Shown piece after piece: positions 50,131 to 64,000 of a DNA stretch of 64,000 nt. The notes under the pieces were generated by a model. It was not told where the DNA came from, ran no database searches, and was given only the letters and a program-made list of their open reading frames with translations. The stretch's first letter is position 1. Every line of letters begins with the position of its first letter. The position numbers and the translations under genes are program-made. The stretch spans positions 17,695,081 to 17,759,080 of the forward strand of contig OZ037766.1 in assembly GCA_964035545.1 (NCBI GenBank), read 5' to 3'. This stretch comes from Bugula neritina. Taxonomy: Eukaryota > Animalia > Bryozoa.

Positions 50131-53100
50131 TGTGTAAACCGACAGCTGACTAAAGTTCGGCTCGCTGGCTTGCCGAACTTCGGCCAACTGTCAGTCGAAG
50201 GTTCTAGAACCTCCTTTGTCTACTTTTCTTTTGTTATGTAAAACCATTTTTCTAACCTATTTTTGTATAAAAAGAAGCCCATTCTGAGCTTTAGTCACTT
50301 GAGGACTGGAGCTCAGACTGGAAGGATCAAGTACAGAAATAAAGATATACAGCACACACTATTCAACAACCTCTCTCATCTCTTCTCCAACAAGGAGTTA
50401 TGTTCTCTGCCTGATTTCATTCAATAACCCACAAATTACTACATTAGTGGCAGCGGTGGGATCGAATAGTCAGGCAACCTTGGAAGAGATAAGGAGAGAA
50501 GCCAGATGGCGATGCTAGAAGAAGAAGGAGGAGAGGTTCTCACCCTGGAGAACCTAGTAGCCACCCTCCAAGAAGTCGTCTCGGCCAACCAGGCACAACT
50601 TAGTGACAGGTATCGCCTTCGGCCGTTGATTTTTGGAGGCGACTGCGATGTTGAGCAGTTTATAAAAGAATTCGAAGACATTGCTATCATCGCCGATTGG
50701 CTGGCACCGCCACGTCTTCTACAGCTACGCTTCTGCCTGACCGGACCAGCTAGTAACTATGCTATCGGAGATGATGTCTGGCAAATCTACCAGGCACTCC
50801 GAGCACATTTCGGTATGACTGCTAGATATGCTAGAGAAAAACTCCAGAGCATGAGGCGAGACAGAAAGACCTCGTTGCAAGACCATGCTAACGCCATTGA
50901 GAAACTGGCATTATTAGCATACAGCCGAACCGATCCAGAGGACTTCAGAAGCACTATCTGGCCGCCAAGATCTCTACTATTGAAGAGGCTCTAGAGATGG
51001 GTTGATCCTACTATTAAGTAGACAACCCCGACAGAGCGGACTTCCCAGCAAATTGAGTGGAGGAGGCATCTGAGGAAGAAGCTTAAGTACCCACCGTTGC
51101 TAACTCTGCACCACCCTCCCCGCAGATCACCATGTTGTTGGACATGAGGAAGAGCCTGCAATTCAAGGTTGTGAGGCTGCAACATCAACAGGGAGGCAGG
51201 AGGACGCCCCATGTTCGAAACAACCCAATTAGGCCGAACCAACCCACTTGCTGGAGGTGTGGCGCCTTGGGTCACGTCCAGCGGCAATGTCCCCGCAAGA
51301 GGAAGATGCCTTTGAAAATCAGAGGCTCACGGTAGATTCCGCCAACCGTGAGTGAGCCTGGGCTAAGCTTCCTCTCGGGAGGTACTGAGGACGCACACGG
51401 AGGGATGGCGGACAGAATGGCCAACATTTTCCGAGTCCTCGAAGAAGGGAGCCCAGAGGCCTGCCTAGACCTTCAGTCGTGCCGAGAAGTACCCAGAGAG
51501 AGCCAACTGACACTGGGTGGCAGGCATTCCAGAGATCTCGGAGACCGCAAGGTTTTCCCGAACCTCCAGCCTGGCCACTCCACAACCGGTTCGCGTGATT
51601 AACCGATGAGGTCATAGAAGAAAATACAGCTTACTCGCAAGAGTTTCCCAAGCTACCTTCTAGACCTCCGAAAACCCCCGCGATCGTAAAGACCAGGAGG
51701 CAACCCACCGTGGTAACTCAAGAGGTGTCACCCACAGAGGCCGACCAGGCTAAAAGTGTCCAGCCATACGGGAGCAGCTACTTCCTACCTGGAAAGATTG
51801 TGGGAAAAGCTGCCACCTTTCTGCTGGACACCGGTTGTACTATCAACCTCCTGAGTCGGCGCCTCTTTGACACCCTGATGGCCCATGTGAGGGCCAGTCT
51901 CGAGCTGTATGAAAGAGCGCATGGTACGTTGGCGGACGGATCATGCATTCCTTTCTACGACGTTCTCACTCTACCTGGACGGGTCCGTGATCAGGTGATT
52001 CATGAGACTTTTATTGTCGGCCATCTGAAGGAGCACACCATTCTGGGCATGCCGTTCCTGGAGAAACACCAGTGTCGCATGGACTTCCAGAATTCTGCGT
52101 TAGTGATGGCTGGCAAGGAACTTAACTGCATTGAAAAGTTTGGCAGGCCTTTAGTGGGCGGAGTCCAGATAGTTCAAAACTGCACGGTACCCGGACGGTC
52201 CCAGGCTACCCTACGCTGCAAGGTTAACTGCAAGAGGATAGCCAGACTGGGACTGGTGGAAGGAATGCTGGGGAGGATCCAATTGGCAAACAGCCTAAAT
52301 CAGCTAGACTGCCAGGGAGAACTCCTCGTGCAATGCATCAACCCTTTCACGGACACGATTAAGCTACTGGCTGGCGCCCTGGTGGGGAAGTACCACTCCA
52401 TTCAGAAAGCGGATGTGGGGCTGGCACTTGAGACAGTAGCCGACGCCTCGGGAGTTCCCCCTTGGGCCGGTCAGACAGCGGTACCGAAGCACGTGGCTGA
52501 CCTGTATGATGGAGCCTGCGGGAACTGCAACAGTAGTGCCCAACGCCATGCACTGGCTGGACTACTGGTGGATTACAGTGATGTCTTCAGTTATGGAGAT
52601 GAAGACATGGGGCTGACCAAGGTGGTGTGTCACGAGATACCCTTGGCAGCCAGGACCACTCCCATCAGGCAGCCCACTCGACGGCTGGGTCCGGAGAAGG
52701 AAGCAAGCAGACAAGTGCAGGATCTTCTCGACCGGGACTTGATTAAGCCTGCCCACAGTGCGTAGAGCTCCCCTGTGGTCCTGGTCAAGAAGAAGGATGG
52801 TAGCTGGAGGTTCGGCAAGGACTACCACAAGCGCAACAGCACTACCATCCAGGATGCTTACCCCCCCCGGATAGACGAGTCTCTGGATGCCCTCGTGGGA
52901 AGCAAGTACTTTAGTACTTTGGATCTACTGAGTGGGTACTGGCAGGTGCTCCTCAGTCCTGATGCACAGGACAAGGCAGCATTCATCACTCGCCATGGGC
53001 TCTGGAAATGGAAGGTTCTGCCATTCGGACTGACGTCCGCCCCGGCAACATTCCAGCGAGTCATGGAACAAGTTCTCAGTGGACTACACTGGAGAACTTT

Positions 53101-54445
53101 GCTCATCTATCTGGATAGCATCATAGTTATCTCCTCAGACTTTGCAACTCATGTCAGTCGTCTGCGGAAGGTCCTTGACCGTCTTCGGACCGCCGGATTG
53201 AAGCTGAAGCTCTCCAAGTGCACGCTCTTGCAGCCAGAGGTGAAGTACCTGGGCCATGTAGTTGGCCGTGACGGCGTCGCTATCGACCGGGAGAAGGTAC
53301 AGGCTGTGGAAAAGTGGACTGTCCCCCTGAGACCTCCTTGAGCTACGAGCATTTCTGGGCCTGGTGGGGCACTGTCGGCAGTATATCCCCGGGTTTGCAG
53401 GAGTTGCACAGCCTTGGAATTGGCTAATGGCTTAAGGGGTTCGGTGGCAGTGGACACAGGAGGAACAGCAGGCATTTGATCACCTCAAGGGTCGGCTAAT
53501 GGAGGCGCTTACCCTGGCGTACTCTGACCCAGCCAAGGAGTACATCCTGGATACCGATGCCAGCGACCACAGTGTGGGAGCTGTTCTGTCAAAGGTCCAA
53601 GGTGGGACTGAGGTGGTCGTCGCCTATTACACCAAGACTCTCGACCGTTGAGAAGAACTACTGCACCACCAGGAAGGAGCTCCTGGCAGTAGTCAAGGCG
53701 GTCAAACACTTCCGGCCATATCTGTATGGGAAAGCGTTCAGGTTGCGAACAGACCATGCATCTTTGATATAGCTGTGTAAGCGTGCAGAGCCGTCGAGCC
53801 AGGTGGCCCGATGGCTGGAGATTCTTGCGGAGTTCTCCTACAGGATTGAGCATCATGCTGAGAAGCACGGGAACGACTATGGGATGAGCCGGCGGCCCGA
53901 CGAGAACTGCAAGCAGTGTCTGCACACCGAGAGATGAGATGGAGGACACGTGACGTGAATAAACAGTTGGGGGACGACGACGTGCGTAATTGAGAACGCG
54001 GCCATTTTCGGTCCGAACACCCACCGGACACTGTCAATGCCCTACGGGCCAACCCTACGCTGTATCAAAACATCAAGGAGCTGAGCCCAGACAGTGCAAG
54101 ACAACTCCAAGGACGGCGACCCCCAGACCGGCTTGGTCACCTAGCTAACAGTCACCCAGTATCTTTGTATCGTGTTGGCCCAGGTAGGCAACAATACGCT
54201 GCAACCATGGACCACCTGGATTCTACTCAGGAGACGGGAGATGAAGCCATGACCCTGCCACGTGCCTGGCTGATCAGAGCTGACAATACAACAACCGTCA
54301 CCAAACGGACTGGAGCTTGGACTGGAAGGACCAAGTACAGAAATAAAGATATACAGCACACACTATTCAACAACCTCTCATCTCTTCTCTAACAAGGAGT
54401 TATGTTCTCTGCCTGATTTCATTCAATAACCCACAAATTACTACA
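50131..54445 (+). mobile_element. Gypsy E5: gag-pro-RT-RNase H with disablements; integrase and ORF3 region deleted; partial 3' LTR 54308-54445
   Basis: 5' LTR 50131-50443, PBS TGGCAGCGGTGGGAT (tRNA-Leu), CWRCGALGHVQRQC, FLLDTGC, LPFGL/YLDS, NYCTTRKELL/TDH. Confidence 0.9.
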
Positions 54446-54787
54446 ATATTATATAAGTAAATTGTGTCAGGGATTCTTTAAGAGTTTTTTTCTACTTAGA
54501 TTTAGTTACAAATTTTGATATTTAAATAAAAAAACTTAGTAGGTTCACCTCTAGTGCTTGTGATGCATTTTATCTAAAATGATTCTCGCGTCAATTTTCA
54601 TGCCAAGACTTGCTTGACGCTAGGTTTTACGATTTATAAGGCTTTACTTGGTACTTTTTTTCTGAAATGATTGCTGCCAATTAAATGGTGTATTTTCATT
54701 CCAGAGGATTTAGAATATTTATGGCTGAATGACATTGTAAAGAATTTGCTGCTACTAAATTATGGGGTTCACTTTATGAGACTATCT

Positions 54788-54998
54788 AAGGAGCAGCGTT
54801 GGTCTAGGGGTTAGAGAGTTTGATTAGTGGGCAGGAAGTGGGTTCAAAATGGCTATTGGTGATGTTAGGAAGAACATCCAGTCATAATTGCTCATGTGCC
54901 TCATTTGAATAGGTCCTTTGCCCAATTTAACAAAAACCCATTTCATCAAGAGTTTTCTCACAGGGACGGTGACTATAGACTTGCGTGAGGTTTTTTTT
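54788..54998 (+). mobile_element. tRNA-derived SINE
   Basis: A/B-box-like head and a body homologous to the 34.8 and 55.1 kb copies. Confidence 0.8.
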
Positions 54999-55054
54999 AT
55001 GAATATTTGTTTTTCATAGGCAAAGTTACTTAGCCTATAAGCACATTATCATTA

Positions 55055-55296
55055 GAAAAATTCAACTCACGCAAGTTTATAGTCACTATCCCTGTGAGAA
55101 ACCTCTGACGGAAAGGGTTTTTGTTAAAGCAAAGGGTTTTTGTTGAAGCAGGCTGAGGGCTTATTTAAATGAGGCACAGGAGCAATTGTGACTGGATGCT
55201 CTTCCTAACATCACCAATGACCTTTGTCCAGGCTCGAACCCATGGCCTCGTGTTTACTAGGCAAACGCTCTAACACCTGGACCACGGCTGCTCCCT
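55055..55296 (-). mobile_element. tRNA-derived SINE with target-site duplication
   Basis: Head gcagccgtggtccaggtgttagagcg...ggttcgagcc; flanks tataagcacattatcatt / tataagcaccatatcattg. Confidence 0.85.
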
Positions 55297-55690
55297 TATA
55301 AGCACCATATCATTGCTCTACGTTGATTATTGGAAGATTTGGGAGACTACCACTTCTGCTAATTCATATTAATCAGACAAAAGATTGAGGTGGAATTTTT
55401 TGTTTCACCTACAGTTTGATGGAGTTAAATAACTATTCTAGCCATTGATGTTACTTTCTTTATTTATTTTGAGTTTAATTCTACCTGTTTTCTTGCTGAT
55501 TTACACAGTTCAGTTTCATTTATCTAGATATCATATACTTTATAACCTATTTGTTAAATCCCGGTTTAGTACTTGGTGTTCAGTTGGCATTTGAGTATAT
55601 TATTACTGTGCACTTTTATACACCAATAAAATTTCACTGTGTACTTCCATATCTTCATGTTAAACCACAGATTGTTCATTACCCATTTAA

Positions 55691-58600
55691 ATGGCTGAGT
55701 CAGAATCAAAGATTATGACTGAAGAAGCAGTAGAAGTGCCTAAGGAGCTAGCTAAATCAGGTAATTCAGCTTTTTTCTCAGTTATCTTATTTGTAAAATA
55801 AACTAGAAATTACCATATTATGTGAAAACTACAGTAAAATCTTTGAACATTTATATGTACTAGCCTGAATGTTGCTATATAATTGTATCTACTTGTGCAT
55901 TGTGACAGAGTATTTTAGTAGTTTAGTGACCATCCTACAGCCCACCTATTTATTACCTTACATCTTACTCCCTCCACCTTTATTCACGAGACTAAATGGT
56001 TTGATGTGTTTTGGTGGCATAATGTTTTGACTTGGATGTCACCAACAATGCTCGTTCTGGTGAATCCTTTGCCTTTATCCACACTTTTATTAGCTGAAAC
56101 TTACACTGCCTGGTACACCCTTCTGATAATACACTCATTTATTTACCACTATTTAATTACTGACTTAGTAAAACAGGAATGTTAATGACTGATAGTTCAG
56201 AATAGCATTCTACTTCAGACACAATATTTCCTTGATATACCAGGTATTCATGAGATTTCCTATAGCCCTATATAGTTCTAGATATGAAATCTGGCCAAAA
56301 CAAAGTTACATGTAGCTGTTGCTGCAGCTGCATCGCTAGCATGCTAATATAGTCATATGCTAAAGACAGCCAAGCATATTTTGCACCTCTCTTCTCTTTT
56401 CATATGCTAGACAACTATTTTCAAGCAGTATACTTTTTGTTTTGTAGCTCAAGCTCTCCCACACAATAGATTTTCAGGAAACGGTGTCATATATAAAGCT
56501 AAACTGTTTGGGACTGCTGACGTTAATGAACCAAAAGGTGAGCTGCTTGCCAAAACATTATAATATTATAAAACTAGATATTTTCTCTTCTAAGTTTTAA
56601 TTTTATTGATACTTACTCATATAATATAATTCTACATTAAACGGTGGTTTTTCATTAGGTTGGTCTATCAAATTGCAGCTCAGAGTCATGGACTGTGCTA
56701 CCATTCAGTTTCCATATGGATGAATTTGTGGTTGCTGATTGCATTAACATATTATTGATTTTATCCAGCACAACTGTTTCCAAACATTGGATGAAAAATC
56801 CATTGGGATAATGCTTGAAAATGTAGGGAGGGACTAATGTTTAAATTAACCAATTCAGCTGAATCAGTTAAATTTCTGATTGGCGATTTTTTAATAGTAA
56901 CCCACTTTTACCATTTATTTACTTTGACAGATGAAAGGTTGAAGGTGAAATTTATATCAGCTGTATATAAAAACTATTTGAAATGGATGTATTAGTTGTT
57001 GTGTTATGATTTCTAGAATGTACCATGTACACCCATCTTATTGCCTTCAAGTTTCCCATTAACCAAATATAATGTTGTTTGTAACTTTCTGACATTGTTA
57101 AATTTAATTTTGTAATTTACCTATTTCTGCTAAGTGTGCTCTTATTTAAGAACTGCTAAATGTTCATCACTAGCACATTGCTTAGTTGTTTCCAGCATTA
57201 ATTTATATTTTTAAGTAAGCTATTATTGCATATCCTTTGTTGCCATAAATCTGTGTATCAAGAAAGCTCATCTCAGCTTAAAGCTGATAATGTATTACCT
57301 AAACTGATGAATAGTAGTCTATTATTTTAGAATTAATTGCTTGATCTTTCTTGATAGATTTCAGCAACAAATTTATTATAATTTATGCACTTCAGTCTGC
57401 ACAGGAGTAGTGTTATTATGTCAAGCTGTAATTATGCCCAATGATGGAATACTTTATAAATATATGCTTGATTGAGTTAAAGATAGAACCTGTAACTAAA
57501 AACTGGCTACTTGTTTGCTACTAGGATTCATAGCTTAAGGGTTCTACAAGTATGTCACATGAGCTTTCAGGTCAGACTTAGAGATGTCCCTCAGTTGTTT
57601 TTGAATCAACAATCCTTCGTAATTGGCTCCATTTGCTGTAGAGTCATTGACTATATCATTTCATCTTTAATTTCAGCTGAACTTTATCCACTAATTAAGA
57701 ATGAGGAAATTGTTCTTAACAGTTATTTTTGCCTAGCTGGATCACTGAAATTATTTGAAAAAGTTAAAATCTGGTACCTCTCTCTACCTCCTAAATGAGG
57801 AGGTGGGTGGGTGTGACATTTGCTGTCTGGTGGTTCAAAGATCGGTTATCATGATACAAAACTCTTGCCAACTCATGTTGACACACACCTACAAATCATT
57901 TAATAATTTGAAGTAGCATTATGTAGCTATATAGCCTCTAAGTAATATTAAGATAAAGTACAAGGGCCAGTAAGATCTGTTGAATTAAAAAACTATTAAA
58001 TTTCTTGTAAAGGTTTAAAATTATGTTTGGTTACTGAATGTACATCATAGTTTACAAAATCAATCCACAAGTTGTTATTTATACACCCTAATCACTAAAT
58101 TAGACAGTTTGTGACATTGAATTGACTAAGGTTCAAAGACAATAATCAACTTAATCAAAATTTTCAAGTCCAGTGAAGTTGAATAAGGTAGTCAAGTTGA
58201 ATAAGGTAGTCAAGTTGAATAAGGTAGTCAAGTTGAATAAAAGGTAGTCAAGTTAATAATTTTAGCAAATCAGGCTTAGGTTTGGCAAGTCAGATTCTGA
58301 TTTTAGCTTCCAAAGTAACAAGTCTGCTTTTTTAGAAATCAATATATTTATTACTTCTTTATTTTTTAGATATATATAACCATATATGTATAATTCTGCC
58401 ATATGCAATGGACTACTAAAATTGATTGTGTCAACAACTAATTCAATTTGTTCTTAGATATATCTGGTCCCCTGATCCATTATTATCTCAGTCAAATTGG
58501 GCTTGCACTTGCTAATGTAACAAATTAGAGGTGATATACTAGTATTTCAGATTAGCTTAGTATTCCTAATGCTGAACAGACAGCAACACTGGGGTTACAA

Positions 58601-61600
58601 AACAACTAGGGAAAGCAACGAAGTGATTTCTTCTATCCTGCCATTTCTACTGATACAATACAGTTCATTCCATCACTTCAAAAGTTAACTAGCCTTCAGC
58701 CATTTTGAGTGTAGTCAAAACTCAAAGCTAACCTGAGTTTGTAGTTATTGCACTAGATATAAACTTCTTTCTATCCTGTGTACATCAATCTGAAATTTTA
58801 TCAGCACTAAGTTAATTGATGCAACAGATAAATTGCTCTTGATGGCACCGACTGCTTATTGTAGGGTGGCTTGGTCGAAGTTATTTTCGCAAATGATTGA
58901 AATACTATTATGCTATTATAGTAATTTAGCTATATTGATAAAAATGTGTAGGTTTAACTTATTATTTTATAGCATTTTTATTAAAACTCAATGACCGATC
59001 ATGTTTGTGCAATGATGCAAATTATTTTATTTTGAAATTATATTATAAATCTCACTCAATCCTTAATAAATTTGCTAAGCTAAAACAAAAAAGGAGATTA
59101 GCACTTTGATAGCGTGAAATATATGCAAAATAATTACATATGGCTATTTATTCAAATTTACTTGGAATGAAATATGCAGCATCACTAATCTTACACCTGT
59201 ACTGCGGACCATCTAATAAGTTGACAGCTTTGTATAATAATCATGCGGGCTATAAAATGGATTTCAAGTTTTTAAAAATTGGGAAGCTGTTTTCTAAACT
59301 TAAGAGATTGATAACGTAGTTAGAATTTTTCCCTGTTGCATGGTTTTGCAGCATAAGTAGTTTTATCAACCTGATGCTCAGTTGCATAAAGCTTCGTCGT
59401 AACAGGTATATATCACTTATCGGAGGCTATTCAAAATTAGCTGTAGCAGTTTTCCGATCTACAAGTTCGTAGCAACCCTCAGTCAAATTTACCAATGCAT
59501 TTTAAGCAGATTTACTAACATTGTCCAAAGAGTTTTACTAGCTTTATTCAATTGAATTTACTAGCATAATTTAGCATAGATTTGATTAGGAAATTGAAAC
59601 CAATCAACCTTAAGATCATCGCTGAACGAAATTTTTTTGTGAACGCTGAGCTAGACCGCAGCACTAAGAAATCAAACAGTTGCAACATGAGATCCGCTTA
59701 GCCTAGGGCCACACTGTGCGTATTTTCGCATGCAAAAATTAAAATCACAAGTAGCAAAGGTGTCCACTGTAGCTTCAGTGATGCGTGATAAATAAAGCTT
59801 TCATTTTTAAATCGCACTCGCTTTCAATTAAACGCAATTTACTGGAATGTAGCACTAAATAAAGAAATTGGGCTCGCTGAATAGCTACCAGCCAATTAGG
59901 TGACGACGACAGAGACGATTCGCACTTGCGTTGAAAATGCAGAGCGGCAATTGCGAATGTTTTCTCAACGCGCACAGTGGACACCTTTGCTACTTGTGAT
60001 TTCAATTTTCGCATGCGAAAATACGCACCGTGTGGCCCTAGGCTTAGTGCCAGCAGTTCATTTTGAGCTTCAGTCTGAACTATAAGCACTAAGTTGCATC
60101 AGTAAAACTATGCTGCACTCAAGCCATGCTGCTGACGTCCATAAACAATCATTAGATAACAATTTTCATTGTGTGCTTCGACATCCTCTAACTGCTTCAA
60201 AATGTGGTAAACTTGCAGATATGAAAGTTTTTTCTTAGTTCTATATGCTATTTTTTACCATGTGGAAGTTGCCTGCGTGTGAAATAAAGTAATGCGAACA
60301 CTCTAAATCCAAATATCAACCTAAGCATTATGTCACAAATTCTACTTTATAAACTGTTATAGTATATATCACTCTCTTTTGTTATTTAGCTTACACTTAG
60401 CCTAGGGCCACACTGCGTATTTTTCCATGCGAAAATTGAAATCCCAAGTAGCAAAGGTGTCCACTGTACGTGTTGAGAAAACATTCGCACTTGTCGCTCA
60501 GCATTCTCAACGCAAGTGCGAATCGTCTCTGTCGTCGTCACCTAATTGGCTGGTAGTTATTCAGCGAGCCCAATTTCTTTATTTAGTGCTACATTCCAGT
60601 AAATTGCGTTTAATTGAAAGCGAGTGCGATTTAAAAATGAAAGCTTTATTTATCACGCATCACTGACGCTACAGTGGACACCTTTGCTACACGTGATTTT
60701 AATTTTCGCATGCTAAAATACGCACCATGTGGGCCCTAGGCTTATAGTTGGTATGGCACACAAGTCTACCGCAAGTATTCTTGCGCAATAGTTGTTTACG
60801 TTTACGTTCTTAGTCACTTTTTATTGGCTAATGAATAGTGCCCATTCAGCACGAGTCATGCACAGAGAGGAATGTGGTAGTATTTTCTAGACATATCAAT
60901 TTAGTATAACAGCAGATGCTTTACTTGTAAAAGTTCATTTTCATAAGTTGATTGGTGCATATCTTGCTGGAGAAATAAAGTCTACTTATATTCACGACTC
61001 TATTTACTCTCAACTGGATTAGCAAGCTATATGCTACTTGTCTATACACTTCTGACTATCAGACTTTTCGAACTCGTCACGCTACAACCACGGTTTTCTA
61101 ACAGATTATAAACCCAATTGTTAAGCAAAAAGTCCTAGTTTATTGCACTAAATTATTATCAGAAATTAATTTTAAAAAATTAGATGATTTTAAAATTATC
61201 TTAATACCATCTTTAAGATTACTTTGTTTATAGTTCTGAATGACCAAGTGTTAAAGATCATTTACATGATGGTTCAAAAGAAAACTTTGAAAATGCTTCC
61301 AAGAAGTAATACCAAAACTATTTTAGCTACATACATCTAAATGTGAATGCCTCTTTCTAAGGATCAAGCGTTAACTCAAGGAGTACTAATTGTGCAACAC
61401 AGTATTTATTTACTTTAACATATTCATAACAGGTGATGCTGTGTGCAATATGGCTATGGGCCTGCTTAAATCTGCAGTGAAGAACACTGGAGAACATAAA
61501 CAAAAAATACTTGTTAAAATTAGCATGTCTGGAATTACTCTGTTAGATCAAGTAAACCAGGTAGGTTATAAGCCCACTACTGGGTTTGCCGTAAGTGTAA

Positions 61601-61810
61601 TACTTTTCACTTTGCTTACCTAGAAGTGACCAAATAATGCTTTTATGATAAGAATGCATAAATTTCAAGCAATGCTTTTTAGTTAAATTAGCATTTTGCA
61701 AAGATATTTTGATAGAGCTTTTCAATATCACGTAAGTGTTGAAATCATCGTTCTGACTATATAAGTTGCACAAAAATGCTGATAATATACACGCACGATA
61801 ATATACATAC

Positions 61811-61873
<63 letters not shown>

Positions 61874-61988
61874 TATATATATATACACATATATATATAT
61901 ATACATATGCATATATATATATACATACATATACATATATACATATACATACATATACAAATATATACATATATATATACATATAAAT

Positions 61989-62028
<40 letters not shown>

Positions 62029-63034
62029 ATTTATATGTATATATATATGTATATATAATATATATGCAGTAGTTCCTACAACCTGTTATTAATTTCAGTT
62101 GAAGTTATATGACCATGCTGTCAACAAAATTTCCTACATAGCAAAAGATCCAACTGACAACAGAGCATTTGGCTATATTTACACAGAAGCGAAGGGAAAA
62201 CATATGTACTTTGGCATAAAGACTGATAGACCCGTATGCATTCTCATTAGTCATCCATATTATACTATTTTATTTCAGGAGGCTCTAGTAAATTCCTGGT
62301 GTTTTATGTGAACGTGAACTGGTAAAAATGTTTTGCAATTATTGCTGCACATATCTTTTACATATTTTGCTAGTAAATTGAGTGTGTTTAATGTCTTTAT
62401 ATTTTGAGTTGGGAAAACTTGTAAAAAAAAATTCTGGACTATTTTTGCAGCTACTGAAATAATGTACATAAGTTTTTATTGGCCAGATTGTCATTCTGTA
62501 CTGACAGGCTGAGGCAACTATTTTGGCACTCAAAGATATGTTTCAAGCGGTATCAGAGCAAGCCAAGTCGTCAGCAGGGCTTACAACTCTTCCTGAGGCT
62601 GCTTCAACAGATACTAATGCTTCAGAAATCAAACCAGCTGAGACTCCCAATGTAGTTGAAGCTGCAGAAACAACCACGCCCTCCACTGAGCCAGCACTGG
62701 TAACTTTTTATCGATAAAAAAATGTATGCATATGGAATTTAACAATCGAGAAAACTAATGATTTTTATTACTGAGGCATGGCGTTATTCAAACCAAATGT
62801 ATGTATTTTAATAATTTGATTATGAAGTTATTGAAAAACTCAAGACATAAATACAATTCTTTGATCTTTTTAAATTAGTATTTTAAAATTGCCCATGAAA
62901 TATGATAATGAAGATTTTGTGAAATAACAACCATGTCTTGTTAGGGAGAAGCACTCGAAAACAAGGAAGAAAAATCTGTGAAGAGAGACAACTCTAGCTC
63001 CAGTTTACTGGATCTGCTGGATGACCTGTCATTT
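55691..63034 (+). CDS. Dab: Disabled (Dab1/Dab2-like) PTB adaptor, 5' part; exons 55691-55760, 56448-56537, 61433-61560, 62099-62233, 62508-62699, 62945-63034 (continues)
   Basis: Phase-compatible GT-AG introns; [15 protein letters not shown]...GDAVC...GEHKQKI...[21 protein letters not shown]...FGIKT...ILALKDMFQ; clathrin-box-like LLDLL. Confidence 0.92.
58176..58254. repeat. 18-bp minisatellite, ~4 copies
   Basis: (aagttgaataaggtagtc)n with no spacers. Confidence 0.9.
59701..60043. mobile_element. PIF/Harbinger-type MITE, copy 1
   Basis: TIR GCCTAGGGCCACAC...GTGTGGCCCTAGGC with TTA TSD. Confidence 0.85.
60400..60741. mobile_element. PIF/Harbinger-type MITE, copy 2 (opposite orientation)
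   Basis: Same TIRs and TTA TSD; interior is the reverse complement of copy 1. Confidence 0.85.
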
Positions 63035-64000
63035 GTAAGCCTAAATACTTTAAATTTTAATATTTCGATTTGCAAAGTATATGTGCTATATTTGCAATCT
63101 GCTAGCCGCATATTCCTATAATTTAGTTCTTATTTAAGCCATGATGCTCTGCTAATCTGGCTTGATCAAAAGATTTTTTTTGTATAACTTTTAAATAACA
63201 TTAATTTCAAGTTTTCAGCCAAAAATTCTCCTTTTCTCACAAAAAATTGAATTCCCCCAGTAAATGTACAATATTTAAATAATTTTTCACAGCTTTAATG
63301 AAAACTTTTACCATGTCCTTAATACTCAAATAGCAATTAAGAGTTTCATACCTTTAGCAGGTACATCTTTTAACCATATAATTGTTGTGACTTTGTTTAA
63401 AGTGTAATGCTGTGGTGGCAGCTATGGTATAATTGCCCTAATCAATAGACCATGTAAGATTGGTACATTTAGTACCTTGAACCAATTCTAGATACTCACC
63501 ACTATAACTTATATAAACTTCTGCAAGTTCAAATGCAAAATGCATACTTCTAGGAAATAGCTGTGCAACTTTTATTACATGCATTATTTTATTTCATATC
63601 TTAAATTTATGAATCATGAGTTCATTTTTCAAAATGTTTAAATTAAGTGCTTAAAAAATGCATTTAAAGAATGTATTCCTGAAAAATTACCCTGGAGCAG
63701 TTTGACCACAACCCCAGCTGTTTTGGCAAAACACATTTAATGACATTTTCATCGACATAGTGGTAAATTGGCTGGTTGTTTTTGGCAGATGAGTAGCACG
63801 CTGGCTGGCTGCAACTTTATACAATTCTGATTGGCTGGACTCTACATGACCAGCTAATGATTGTATCTGATTGGCCTAATAATGTAGAGTTTTATATAAG
63901 TTATAGTGGTGATATTTTAGAGTTGGTACACACCCCTTTTTTGGTTGAGTTTTATAATCTGATCACGCTGTAGTCATCTACAACACTTCAGTGTATGGGG

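Noticed and set aside
58176-58254. CRISPR-like array
   Set aside because: Head-to-tail repeats without spacers, eukaryotic intron, no cas genes.

Overview
AT-rich, intron-containing eukaryotic DNA, most consistent with an invertebrate animal, and dominated by transposable elements. Host genes reconstructed by hand from splice sites: a complete 9-coding-exon TSEN2 (tRNA-splicing endonuclease, minus, 33830-42870), the 5' six coding exons of a Disabled/Dab-like PTB adaptor (plus, 55691-63034, continues), and the first coding exon of an N-terminal SH3 protein at the left edge. Mobile DNA: four related Gypsy elements (E1 7414-12629, E2 12847-16656, E3 18532-23246, E5 50131-54445), a second Gypsy lineage (E4), solo LTRs, Penelope-like elements (PLEs) with inverted arms and hammerhead ribozymes, RTE and CR1-like LINE remnants, tRNA-derived SINEs, MITEs, a pogo-like relic and a 4.1-kb long-TIR element carrying an XPG/Cys-rich fragment. 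Most notable: (1) three diverged Gypsy copies carry, in the env position, a non-env accessory gene for a tandem zinc-finger plus coiled-coil protein with a predicted conserved phase-1 intron; (2) a 330-bp TRIM has identical 105-bp LTRs built around a tRNA-like Pol III promoter, and its PBS position matches the 5' end of tRNA-Phe. All calls come from reading the sequence; no database search was run.
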